From assembly GCA_964016885.1 (NCBI GenBank), contig OZ024742.1:91636001-91700000 (forward strand): a DNA stretch of 64,000 nucleotides. Reading direction: 5' to 3'. Shown in pieces: positions 1 through 12,825 of the stretch (position 1 is its first letter; every line of letters starts with the position of its first letter). The notes under the pieces are model-generated. The model was given only the letters and a program-made list of their open reading frames with translations, was not told the DNA's origin and did not search any database. Both the position numbers and the translations under genes were made by a program. This DNA comes from Eledone cirrhosa. Lineage: Eukaryota.

Positions 1-91
1 ACGTAAGCAGGACACATGTTCTGTGAACACATGTTTTTAAACCATCGCAATAATACGGAGGCCTCCTTAACCCATGCTAGCGTGAAAGATA

Positions 92-134
<43 letters not shown>

Positions 135-293
135 CACATAAGTTCATATAGGTATGCATTCAATTAGAAGTATTTGAGAAACGCGATACACCAGCCTCCA
201 CTAAACACGCTTTTCACACACTAACTTTCCAACACACTGATATGCACACATGCAAATGCAAACAAAAATCTTTAGACAAAACTTGACATACAT

Positions 294-294
294 A

Positions 295-329
<35 letters not shown>

Positions 330-359
330 AACCACCACCACCACCACCATCACCACCAG

Positions 360-425
<66 letters not shown>

Positions 426-452
426 AACCACCACCACCACCATCACCACCAG

Positions 453-503
<51 letters not shown>
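294..503. repeat. (ACT)n/(ACC)n trinucleotide microsatellite
   Basis: Direct reading; source of the poly-T/poly-V pseudo-ORFs. Confidence 0.95.
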
Positions 504-1977
504 CGAATCATGTAATAATACTGTTTTTTAATTGGTACACCATTTTTTTGACCTCAAGAAAAGTGAAATGCAAAGATATCTTCGGGTGTCTGTAGACAAG
601 ACATTTTGTCCGATGCACTTAGAATTCTGTCAACCATAGTACCTGACTGGGACCTTATTTTACCGACCCCGGAAGAATGAAAAATAAAATTGACTGCGTT
701 GGTATTTGAAGACGGAACGTGAAGAGCCGAAAGACATAGTGTAAATGATGTCATCAATCACCTTAATATAGGATTCTAATGTTGATACAATGCTAGCAAT
801 TTTGTAGAAGGTTGGCAAGTAAGCCCTATGAACGAACCATAAGTATTCAAGATTACCCAAATTTTAAAGGCAAGATCCCACTACAACCTGTGTCCTTCGG
901 TCGACAAGTGAATGCTGACAGTACGACATTTCACGAGAGCTCTTCTCAGCAAATGGGGTGAAAACAACTTCCTCTTTACACTTACCTTCATTTTTTGTGG
1001 AATGAGAAGAATTTGGTAATAGCCTGGCTGTATAAGAACGTGTATGATTTCAGTCTTTTGAATTTGATCAACAAATATTTGTCATGGGAATCAGAGGAGA
1101 AAATTGCCTGCCCTTCCTCACTAAAAGAAGTAAGCAGTAAAATTCTCACGGTGGACTCGGTTCTTTACTGGATCTGACCTACATACGATAACAGTTTATC
1201 GGTATACTACCAAAAGACAGTAATGCTCGGATACTAAAGAAATGCTTGCAGAAAGGAAACGTCAATGACCTCGGTATAACCGCCAAGATAGATTTTGAAG
1301 GAAATTGTCCACAGCGGTGGCGCTGAATATACTCCCAAATATAAGCTATTCGCTTGATCACACTTGCATACCTGGAACCTAATTAGTAGAATGCTGTGAG
1401 AATGGACATCCCTCTAAATGTCAAGTGCCCAAACTTGGTTTTCTCTCTACTCCGGACTGCTGCTCTGTCGTACTGAGAAATTATAAGAAAATATGCCTCA
1501 CAGACGTCATCTCACCACATGCCAGCATATTAACAAATGCGGCATATAGACACACCAACACAGAGTGTTTATGTGTCTATATGCTGCTGATTGATCTTCT
1601 TTCTGACTGGTGAAACGCATCCTTTCGACAAGATAAAACAGCAAACATGCTAAAGTGGTCACATGAAAAGTGAGGTACATCACGACAGTCAGGTGGAAAT
1701 GAATTTAGGAGGCGATGTATGCATTCACTCCACTTTCTCCGCCGCGTAGTGGGGATAGCTTTCTCTCAATCTTGTATATATATATATATATAGTAGACTG
1801 CCCCATTTTTGGTCAGTAACAGCCCAGTTCAGACGTGTTTCTACTGCTATATTGTTTTCTTTTATCTATCTACCATCATCATACCAACAGAAATTGTCAT
1901 TATTTTATAGCTATTTTCGTGTTTGAGATTCCTACAATCCCAGGAAACTTATTACTCACCTATCGCTCCACATTATT

Positions 1978-2165
1978 TGGATTGGCAGTATTGGTAGAGG
2001 GTCGGACGCCATGCTTGGCAGCAAAGAGTTACGTCCCTTTATGGGCTGAGTTCAAATCCCGCCGAAGTTAACTTTACCTTTCATCCTTACGGGGTCGATA
2101 AAATAAAGCACCAGTAATACACTGGAATAATTGCTGGCCTTGTGCCAGATGTAGAAACAATTATT
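1978..2165 (+). mobile_element. tRNA-derived SINE (octopus OK-like family)
   Basis: A-box-like TGGCAGTATTGG, B-box GAGTTCAAATCC, core ctttcatccttacggggtcgataaaataaag; many homologous copies in the window. Confidence 0.85.
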
Positions 2166-2209
2166 TTATATCATGTTTATATATATATATATATATATAT
2201 ATACGTGTG

Positions 2210-3476
2210 TGTTGCCGGAGGCATTCGGACTTACTTTGCGTCTCTCTATCGCTGGTTCCACCGTCCACATGGAGTACTTTCCACTCGCGTCTGTCTTCAC
2301 ACGTCCGTCACCTTGCAGGGCCTGTAGCTAAGAGAAGGCTGCTCACCGCCTGATGCCTCGAGTCGCCTCCATCCACGTGCTTCCGATCAGGCGCCCCAAC
2401 TTCCGGCAATCCCCCTCGCACGGCAAATCTACACCCCCTCTATCTCACGGCAACCCCACACGTCCCTCTGATATCAAGGATCAACCCCCCCCCCCATCAC
2501 ACTGCTCCATCTCAAAATCCGCCATCCACCTAGGTTGGCAGCGGCTCCGTTGCGATCTCTGCACTGTTGGGACGGCACTTTCGTTTTCCTCTTCCTCGGA
2601 GTCACCACAAAGACTCTACGGATGTCCAAGACGTGACGTGGCATTCCGTCCACAGACACGTTGTTTTGGGAATTTACGGCGGTTACTATTCCCTTTCCCC
2701 ATTGAGATGTTCAACGCGCGTTCGGGGGATTGACCCATACCTCTTCGCCTACTCGTACGAATGTGCTCTCTCTCTCTCTCTCCACCGGCTGCTGTGGTAA
2801 CGTGCACGGGTGTCGCCATTCATATCTATATATTGCCCTGTGTGTCACCGACTCCTCGGCCTTCCCCACCCGAGGAGACATGTTGTACCAGAACACTGCC
2901 TCCATTGGCATCCCGGTCGAGATATAAAGCGATCAAACCAGCAACGTTGTCAATGCCTTGCAGCGAGGCAAACAATGTAACCTTTCTCAACCAAGTCACA
3001 ACATCTCCTTCGCCGTTAAAAGCCTTGATCGTCTCGCTATTCAATCTCAGTCTCGCCGCTATCTCCCCTGCGAGATCGGAGAAATCTCAAGAACGATACC
3101 TCAATAAAAAGAACAACAACTACAAAAAAAAAAAAAAACTAAAAAAAGCAGGTAAACTAAAAGGCTGTCGTGCCGGGAGTAAGAATGCAGAAAGATAGGA
3201 AAATTCATTAAACGCCGAAATAGCTTGTTGCCGGAGGCATTCCGACTTACCTTGCGTCTCTCTATTGCTGGTTCCACCGTCCACGTGGGGTACTTTCCAC
3301 TTGCCTCTGTCTTCACACGTCCGTCACCTTGCAGGGCTTGTAGGTAGGAGAGGGCTGTTCACGGCCTGATGCCGCGAGTCGCCCCTGTCATCCTGCTTCC
3401 GGTCAGGCGCCCCCCAACTTCCGGCAATCCCCCTCCCACATAAACTCTACCCCCCCCCACTATCTCACGGCAATCC

Positions 3477-3479
<3 letters not shown>
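2210..3479 (-). mobile_element. Small internally deleted LTR retrotransposon (Ty3/gypsy-like, TRIM-sized)
   Basis: Two ~250-bp direct repeats with TG...CA ends (2210-2460, 3226-3479); purine-rich tract before the 3' LTR on the - strand; gag-N-terminus-like peptide IKAFNGEGDVVTWLRKV...IALYLDRDA (2826-3044, -). Confidence 0.75.
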
Positions 3480-3507
<28 letters not shown>

Positions 3508-3526
3508 TCTTTTATTTCTCATTACA

Positions 3527-3562
3527 TCTTCTGATGAAGGACTAGCGTCCAAAACGTTAAGA
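3527..3562 (+). ncRNA. Minimal type I hammerhead ribozyme, family A (G12 mutated)
   Basis: TCTT-CTGATGA-A-GGAC-TAGC-GTCC-aAA-ACGT-T-AAGA; homologous to 9074, 39028 and 49989. Confidence 0.7.
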
Positions 3563-4048
3563 CTATTTACCTCCTATTTCAAACATTAAAATAATATGCA
3601 CTGTATCGTTTGTTGTATTGTTTACTGTTTGTTTACCGTTTGTTGCGAACACACACAAACATATAAATGTTAATATATATATATTTATATATATTCACAC
3701 GTTATATGTTTCTGTGTGTAAGTAAATAAAGGAAAGAGCACTCGGTACATGGAATAGATTCTGTGTTTATTGGAAAACAATTAGTGATTCACTTCATTGT
3801 TATTCCGTGGGTAACATTTATTATGAGGTAAATAATTCACAAGGACCAGTATGAACATTTATATTACAAAGAAATAACAATATATGAATGGAAGTTCAAT
3901 GTAGTGTATGTGAAAATGGTTTCTTTAACCGTTGCAATTTAAGGGACATCCTACGACATCAAAGTATATGTAATCTTGTTTTCACCACCACCTACCATGG
4001 ACTCCCTAGCCATGTAAATTCATTCTCTCTCTCTGTCTCTCTCTCTCA

Positions 4049-4115
<67 letters not shown>

Positions 4116-4156
4116 TCTCTCTCTCACTCATACTCACATACTCACATACTCACACA

Positions 4157-4245
<89 letters not shown>

Positions 4246-4470
4246 GTATATATATTCATTCGGAAGAATTTGATATATATTTATCCTTATCGAGCCCTCT
4301 TTGGATTTTAGTCTTCAAATTTATTATTATTACTATATATATATATATAGGAGGTGAGTTTTATTGTAGCACAATAAAGCAATGCAAATATCGGATAAGT
4401 AGCACTCAACAGTTTATAGGACTGGAGTATAAATAATATAAGATCAAAAGATAGTTAAAAGAGTTCCATG

Positions 4471-4541
4471 TATTTTATTATGCGCATTTCAAAAACAAAT
4501 ATCATCATGTGATGATATTTGCGATCTCATCAGATAAAATA
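4471..4541 (-). ncRNA. Type I hammerhead ribozyme, family B
   Basis: Reverse complement: TATTTTAT-CTGATGA-long stem II (CAAATATCATC/GATGATATTTG)-GAA-ATGCGCAT-A-ATAAAATA. Confidence 0.8.
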
Positions 4542-4637
4542 GGGAGACATGATATGAAGCTTAAAAAACACTTGCGAGCAGTGGATTTAGCACTTCACTG
4601 CTCGCAAGTGTTTTTTAAGCTTCATATCATGTCTCCC

Positions 4638-4708
4638 TATTTTATCTGATGAGAACGCAAATATCATCCCTTGATGATATTTGTTTTTTAAATGCGCATA
4701 ATAAAATA
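4638..4708 (+). ncRNA. Hammerhead family B, inverted copy with GAAA>TAAA
   Basis: Right arm of the 4437-4793 fold-back: TATTTTAT-CTGATGA-...-TAA-ATGCGCAT-A-ATAAAATA. Confidence 0.65.
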
Positions 4709-4792
4709 CAAATATCATCCCTTGATGATATTTGTTTTTTAAATGCGCATAATAAAATACATGGAACTCTTTTAACCATCTTTTGATCTTAT

Positions 4793-4862
<70 letters not shown>

Positions 4863-4894
4863 TTATTTATTTATTTATTAAAATAACAGATTAA

Positions 4895-4945
4895 AGTTTA
4901 AGCAAAGAATCGCTGCTTTCACCCTTAACGGGATCTTCTGAAACT
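4895..4945 (-). ncRNA. Variant hammerhead (CAGAAGA core), family C, in PLE pLTR
   Basis: Reverse complement: AGTTT-CAGAAGA-TCCC-GTTAA-GGGT-GAA-AGCAG-cgattct-TTGCT-T-AAACT. Confidence 0.65.
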
Positions 4946-5242
4946 AAAAAAATCAGCCTGTGGACACAGAAGTAAATATTTCGAAAAACGTTGCAACCGA
5001 AGGAAAACAGGAAGACTATAATTTAGTTCGTGAACGGCAATGAACGGAAAAAAGCGAAGATAATACGTCGTTATGTAGAGCGATGAGAACAAAAGACAAA
5101 ACCATGTTTATTGTATAAGTGGAGTCATTAGAGTAATATTCTATTTAGGAAACCGAATGATTCTCGGCTTCGGAGTTAAGAATAATGTAAATAAATTAGT
5201 TGAACGAAAATGACAGAGATTATTAAAATCATAAATGTAATG

Positions 5243-5425
5243 ATTGTTTCTACTTTTGCACAAGGCCAGCAAGGACCCAGTACATAACTGGTACTTTATT
5301 TCATCGACCCCGTAAGGATGAAAGGCAAAGTTAACCTCGGCGGGATTTGAACTCAGATCGTTAAGGTACGTAACTATGCTGGAAAGCATGGCGTCCGACC
5401 CTCTACCGATACAGCCAATCCACCG
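5243..5425 (-). mobile_element. tRNA-derived SINE nested in PLE
   Basis: Reverse complement of the 1978-2165 family. Confidence 0.85.
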
Positions 5426-6549
5426 TTATTTATAAAAGTAATAATAATTATTAATAAAAGTAATAATAATTAAATATAACATACACAAATCTATATACGT
5501 ACATACACGTACATACGCGAAAACACTCGCCATGCATGCATATACATGCGCCTACACATAAACACGCTCAAACGTACGTAAACCAGCGCGACACATGTAC
5601 CCCCACACATACGAACGTATACACCAAATACACATATAAATATATATGTGTGTGTGTGTTATATAAACGTATATAAATATACACACATAAATACGTATAT
5701 AACGCACGCACGCACATGCCTACATGTAAATACACATGTTCACCAAACTACGTATACCAAAACCCAGTGTATACATACACACACCTTACATACTTGCAAA
5801 CACAATACACGCATACAAATATACACCCACAAACACGAAATACATATATACACATAAACATATATACACACATACTAGTATATATAATATATACACCTAT
5901 AACAAATACAAGCATATATACTTACGAGAAAGTATACGTACCTCCACAAAACATACGGGTAAGGTATACTTACCTATACAAATAAGTAATGGTATAGACA
6001 TAAAATATACTTAGCTACCACATCAAGACGTAAATTATCCGCGTATTGTTCGTACTATCCGTTAGGGTATAATGTGATCTTTGGCGTAGAGTATTTCCAG
6101 GGCTTCAGTTGCGCAAAGATCGCATGGTCTTTTATTTCCATTATACGATCTAGATTTAGCTAGGATCACCCAGTGTAACCTATATTGGGTGTGGTTGTCT
6201 TGCCTTAAACTTTAATCTGTTATTTTAATAAATATTTGCTCTAGGGTTCTTATATATTTGATATATATTTATCCTTATCGAGCCCTCTTTGGATTTTAGT
6301 CTTCACATTTATTATTATTACTATGTATATATATTATATACATATATATATTGTATACATTAAACGTTTATAATACACAATGAAAAAATAAATTGATTCA
6401 AACAAAAAATAAATCAGTTTTATTTTATATTTTCAGGTTCATAATTAATAATGCTTGCATTAACCGGTTTCGCTGAGTAGCTTTTCAATGTTTCATTTTG
6501 ATTTGTGTTGGAAATCTCTGGGGTTTCACCTGTGTAATGAAAGGATGAT

Positions 6550-6612
<63 letters not shown>

Positions 6613-6790
6613 TGTATGTGTAAGTATATATTTATATATATATACAAGTAAATGCATGCATATACGTATGCATATACGTCTATGTATGTATGTATGTATG
6701 TATGTATGTATATATGTATGCATGTGTGTATGTATGCATATATTTATGTATACATGTATGTATGTGTGTGTATGTATGTATCTATCTATC

Positions 6791-6832
<42 letters not shown>

Positions 6833-6949
6833 CAAAAATATGAAGTGAATATATTCATATCAACATTTTCGAAGTAATCTAACCATTATATAATAACTGT
6901 ATCTTCACACCTCACTACGACTTAAGGGTTTAGGAGCCGATTAAATTGT

Positions 6950-7345
6950 GTAATATCACCATCAACAACATTGGAGATTTTCGAAGAGATGGACTATCAT
7001 TACATAAAAGAGTGACTGCTACCACCACAGACACCATCTTCATCACTATCACCATCAACAACACGGTAGCTACTCTAAGAGATTGACTACCATTAAAATG
7101 TACACAATCAACACCCTATCTCTATCACCATCATGGTAACTTCTTTAAGGGACAACTCTTACTGTGGACACTATAACCATCAGCATCAACATCAATAACA
7201 TGGGAGCTTATCTAAGAGAGGGATTAGTACCACAACAGTGTACACAATCACCACCCCATCAACATCCTCATCAACATCAGGAGATCCTCTCTAAAAGAAA
7301 GAATGCTATCACAATGGATACAGTCAACAACACCATCAGCACAAT
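6950..7345. repeat. Degenerate minisatellite (~70-90 bp units)
   Basis: Recurring ctatcaccatcaacaac...tctaagaga...actacca motif. Confidence 0.55.
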
Positions 7346-9073
7346 CCTAACTTGTTGCGATTCATATTTAACCGATTTAACCGACGTCAGTTCTTGACTG
7401 GCGTCTATTTAATTGACGACGGGAGGATAAAAGTCGATCTTGTGCAAAATTTAAACTTAGAAGGTGAAAGAGCATAATTAAATACTAATACTTTCGCCAA
7501 GTACCCTTTACAAAAACCTACTTGGGCCGTCTTATGCAACTGAGTATGTATTTATAGTGTGGACCATGCTTTAGCTAAGAAACTTGAGTATCTTGTAGTT
7601 GTGAGGAGGCACGGGAAAGCTTCTTTACTCGCTATCTTCATCTAGCAGATTATCCATGATGTGGCACCGGAAAGATGATTTCTTTCTCGATTTCCTAAAG
7701 GTTGAAAGTTCTCACTGGTATAATTTGAACTCAGAGCCCTAAGAACCGGAACATACATCGAACATTCTAACAGCAACAACAACAACAAGCACCAAAACTG
7801 TAAACACAACCATACCAAACATCTGACCGGAAAAGCAAATATAGTAACGTATAATTTCATCTCAAGTTGCACTAGTCTGTTATTTCACACCAGAGACAAA
7901 GTTGTTTTTAAAGCTACGGTGGATAACTCTCTAGATTGTGAAACAAAAAGATTAAAAGCTACTATTGTTGTTGTTGCGTGCTCTTTCAATCTGAAGTTGC
8001 ATTATTTTGGATCGTGTAACCTTTTCGTTTACACGATGAAGAAGAAACATATATGTTTTCAATAGCTTTCAATAGCAGTCAGTAGCAGTGATTATTGATT
8101 ATGTTACAATACAGATTACAAATAAGAATTCATGCAAAATGCCAGAAATTCTCAGCACTAAAAACATGAAACCGAAACAATATTTTAAATATCAGGTATT
8201 AAAAAAAAAAGAGAAAGAAAAAACAAGGATACTCACATAAATACAGAGATACACAAGCAGGTACACATACACATGTTTTAATTCTGACAAGGAGATCTAT
8301 TTGTGGTCACACGTCTAGCAAGAAATAACAACTAAATCACACCTTATAACCAAACAACTGAAACAATTCTTAAAATGTTAAGTATGGAACAAAGAAAAAC
8401 CTTACATACACAGACACACAGACACATACAGACACACACAGACACATACAGACACACACAGACACACACACCTTAATCAGAAGAAAGAAGAAGAAAGTAG
8501 AAAGATTGAAGGGACGGACGGGGTGGAATTGGAAAAAATATCTTTAGATAAAAATAACAGGTCCATTCATGTTGACATCTCTTGGAAAACTCATATATAT
8601 CCACAAATACATACACACACATATAAATACATACATATTAACATGCATGTATGCATACATACATACATACATACATATACATTGATAAAGACAACAAGGA
8701 AACATCTATGTCGTTATTTGATCTGCTGGAAATATCAGCCATGTATCCCTCAAATCACAGCTTTTTGCCTAAATAAGAAAGGACGTAATCATTGCTGAAC
8801 TGGGAGATTAGTTTGACAATTCTGGTTGTTGAAACATGTATGTATGTATGTATGTATGTATGTATGTATGTATGTATGTATGTATGTATGTATGTATGTA
8901 TGCATACATGCATGTTAATATGTATGTATTTATATGTGTGTGTGTATGTATTTGTGGATATATATGAGTTTTCCAAGAGATGTCAACATGAATGGACCTG
9001 TTATTTTTATCTAAAGATATTTTTTCCAATTCCACCCCGTCCGTCCCTTCAATCTTTCTAATTTCTTCTTCTT

Positions 9074-9109
9074 TCTTCTGATGAAGGACTAGCGTCCGAA
9101 ATGTTAAGA
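9074..9109 (+). ncRNA. Minimal type I hammerhead ribozyme, family A
   Basis: TCTT-CTGATGA-A-GGAC-TAGC-GTCC-GAA-ATGT-T-AAGA, followed by a ~100-nt conserved tail and (TA)n. Confidence 0.8.
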
Positions 9110-9197
9110 CCCTCTTCCTGCTATTTCAAGCGTTAACCTAATATATTCCTTCCATATACTGTACCGATTGTGTTGTTATTTCTGTTTATCTTTTACA

Positions 9198-9278
<81 letters not shown>

Positions 9279-9280
<2 letters not shown>

Positions 9281-11487
9281 AATATAACAAGGAAACATAC
9301 GGCTTCAAATCGTGTAAAAACCCACCTACCAACCCTTAACTGGATGCCTTTGAACAGGACTTACTGAAGATGATTATGAATATCAAATTCAAAAAGCGGA
9401 GGAATAATAAACTCCAGAATGACATAAATACATTCATAAAAAAGCTGCGAACCACCAATGGAATAATTGTCAAAGCGGACAAAACATCAAATGTGTATAC
9501 GATGGATGTTAATACATACAACATACAATAGCTTCATACGGAAAGAATTACATAGGAAATACAAAAAAACAAATGAGGCGGCACTGATAAACATCAACAA
9601 CGCGGCACACAATATAGTCAAACACCTAGGAATAGACGACAGAACGGAGCCACTTAAGCCATGTACCCCCACATTTAACCTCAAAGACCACAAGGTAAAT
9701 TTTGATTATAACCCCACTATTAGACTTATATGCCCATCCAAATCGGACATCGGGAAAATTAGTAAACATATATTAGACAGAGTGATAGCACAAATGAAGA
9801 ATAAACTAGTGATTAAACTATGGGGTAACGCTACCGAAACAATTAAATGGTTTAACAATATAGCTAACAAAGAAGTATCTAAATTTATACAATTTGACAT
9901 TAACGATTATTACTCATCTATATCCCTCAACACCTTGGATAAAGCCTTAGCATTCGCCAAAGCCAATTCTGACATAACAGACGACGAGATAAAAATCATA
10001 TTAGCTGCTAGGAAAGCAATAATTAAATTTGAAAACGCCTATTGGGAACGTAAGGATAGATTAAATAACTTTGACATCACGATGGGGGCTAACGACTCGG
10101 CTCAAGTCACAGACTTAGTAGGTATTTACATAGCCCATAGTTTACAAAGCGAGTTTAGCGACCTTCACGGCGGAATCTACAGAGACGACGCCCTTCTCCT
10201 AGTTAAGAACCTAAATAACCAGAGCATAGAAAGACTCCGTAAGAATATTAGAAAGACTCTCGGAAAACTACACCTTAGCAAAACGTACGAGTATAGCACT
10301 AAAACAGTTAACTTTCTAGATGTGACGCTTAACCTAAATACGGGACTTATAAGACCTTTTCACAAGATTAATGAAAACTTAGCATACATCAACTGTAACT
10401 CAAGCCACCCACTATCAATAATTAAATCCATTCCACGCAGCATATCCCTTAGGATCTCCCGCCTCTCATCTAACCGGCAAATCTTCGAAGAACATGCAGA
10501 ATACTACAATACCGCATTAGACAAGGCAGGCCACTTAGATAGAGTAGAATATATAGATGAAAGCCTCTGTGAAGCACACACGAACACGCATAACACAAAC
10601 TCCAGAAACACACGCATACACACATTTACGCATAGAACTGCAAAGTATACGGCAAATAGAAATACAACATCGAAATCAAACAAGTCACGCAGTAGAAAAT
10701 ATATTTGGTATAACCCCGTATTTAACACCTCTATTAGTACTAACCTACCCTCTACTTTCTTTAGAATAATAAATAGGCACTTTCCAGATTCACATAGATA
10801 CAGCAAAATCCTTAACACTAAATCTATTAGACTATCCTACTCCACGGCACCAAATATAGAAGCACACATTAAGATGCTGAACGCTAAAAAGATACATAAC
10901 AACACCAAAAAACAAATTTACAACAATAACAATACAATTACCACCGAACACAACAGAATATCTAATACACAACCACCCGCTAATAGGCAAACAAAGCGTA
11001 ACACACTTGTTCAGGCATCGCAGCCCACAAATAATGCCAAAGTTGCCCATAACAAGAAATGCAACTGCCACCTACCTGAAACCTGTCCATTACAAAATGA
11101 ATGTATGCAGTCTAACCTGGTTTACCAATGCACAGTGGAATCAGACAACCAGAAATGGTATTACATCGGAGCGACTGGGAATACTTTTAAAGCTCGTTGG
11201 TATACACACCGTTACGCAATGAAACATTCCCAGCACCGTTATGTAACTACCCTTGCAAACAAGACCTGGCAACTGAGGGAAAGTAACCATCAATACACCC
11301 TGAAGTGGAAAAAATTATCAAACGCACCCCCATATCGGAGTGGTATGAGAAGCTGTCGATTATGCGACCTTGAGCTGTTCCACATCTTAAGTTCGAAGAA
11401 TAGGTTACTCAACAATAAAATTGAGATCAATTTATTGTAACCATAGACTCAAAGAGAAATTTTCGCACTACAAATCGAACCCTTAAC
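9279..11487 (+). pseudogene. Penelope-like retroelement family 1 ORF (RT + GIY-YIG endonuclease; Hydra-clade-like), 5'-truncated and frameshifted
   Basis: Upstream frame YGFKS...IIVKADKTSNVY; main ORF 9467-11440 with RLICPSKSDIGKISK, QFDINDYY, TMGANDSA, YRDD, VNFLDVTLNL, linker CNCHLPETCP, VYQC...YIGAT, CRLC; frameshifts near 9520 and 11433. Confidence 0.92.
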
Positions 11488-11717
11488 CCCTTACTACCAA
11501 CTGACAAACTGCATATACTTAGACTTTATACCCTCTTATATCTAGACCCTTTAATTACCCACAAAACCAATACATATATCCCCCCCTTCTCCCTCATTCC
11601 TCTTCTATTTCTTCGTTTTCTTCCTTCCTTCCCCCTTCTTGACTATCTTTTCTTTTCTTCCTTCTCACCCCCTTCTTTGCTTTTATTTTTGTCATTATTA
11701 TCTTTATTTTTATTATT

Positions 11718-11748
<31 letters not shown>

Positions 11749-11785
11749 ATGTGTGTATGTGTGTGTGTATATATATGTGTGTGTA

Positions 11786-11838
<53 letters not shown>

Positions 11839-12825
11839 CTCTCTATATCCCCCCCCCCCTCTCTCTTTAACTCACTACACTCCACGACATGATGTCTGCT
11901 ATCAAAACTGACCAAAGAATCCTTCCACCTCTACCCCTACCTCCACCTCAGTTTGTCATTCTACTTCCTACCTCTTCCCCTTCCTCTCTCTCTATACTAT
12001 GCCGTCTGTCCCCTCACCTCCTGATTCCTTTCTCCTATACTAGTAAATACAATTCCAAATAAATGTTTTTCTCTATATATTAAGAATTATTTCAAGAGTA
12101 ACTCACTATTTTGAAAATTTGGACTGTGAACAACAATTATAATTGAGTGGCTGCTATTTGCAGTATAGCAATATAAGGTTGCACTTACCAATGAAACGGT
12201 CGTAAATACCTGGATTAAATCCTTCTCTTAATGCTTACCTGTGTTTTCTCTTTTATACTATATATATAGTTATATAGTTATACTTTGGGAGGGTCATGCT
12301 GCCAATAAAAACACAAGCACTTGTTGGTTTTCACTTCAATTTATTAGATATTTCCATTTGGATAGTTTAATAACCAGATGGTTGTTTATTTCTTTATTGT
12401 CAAATCTCTTCCGTCACACGTTCATATATATATAGAGAGAGAATTTATTTTATATTAATAAATTGTTTCATATCAATAAATTGCAGTTACTTTTAATACA
12501 AATTTCACCTATAACCGGATGACATATGATTGCCCAAGAGATTTGTATCAGACGTTTGCAACAGGAATAATATACGCAAGTATATGTTTTTAACTACCTT
12601 CTTGACGTGTCGGACGTTCAGTTGATTGAATTCTCTAAAGCTAAAATTTAGTCTTGATGTGTCACTCAAATGAAAGTTAAATATATCTTCGTAAAGCTCC
12701 GAGAGATAGGCTACATATATACGATGTTTGCTGACATTAAAAAGCTGTGGTTCAGCTAGCTAATTTAAGACAGTAATAATTGTCACAATCCCTTGGTTTA
12801 ATCGTTTTAAGAGATATAGGATTCG

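Larger units (their letters stand above)
4876..6325 (-). mobile_element. 5'-truncated PLE family 2 copy with inverted pLTR fragment
   Basis: 6010-6200 matches the 3' end of the 39839-41591 ORF region; 4876-5220 matches its pLTR; 6201-6325 is an inverted pLTR piece ending ttattattattactat-(TA)n; a SINE is nested at 5243-5425. Confidence 0.85.

Noticed and set aside
545-1740. Balanced-composition unique stretch with several 60-70 aa ORFs
   Set aside because: Stops in all frames and no motif I can recognise; possibly a decayed element or pseudogene and needs BLASTX.
1978-2075. tRNA gene-like A/B boxes
   Set aside because: SINE head; no complete cloverleaf, and it continues into the SINE body.
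6458-6490. Hammerhead-like TTGAAAA-GCT-actc-AGC-GAA-ACCGGT-T on the - strand
   Set aside because: Would need U3/A8 changes and the stem I register is ambiguous; at best a degenerate copy.
9279-11487. Assignment as telomerase or Naiad/Chlamys PLE
   Set aside because: The endonuclease is C-terminal to the RT and no TERT-specific motifs are visible.
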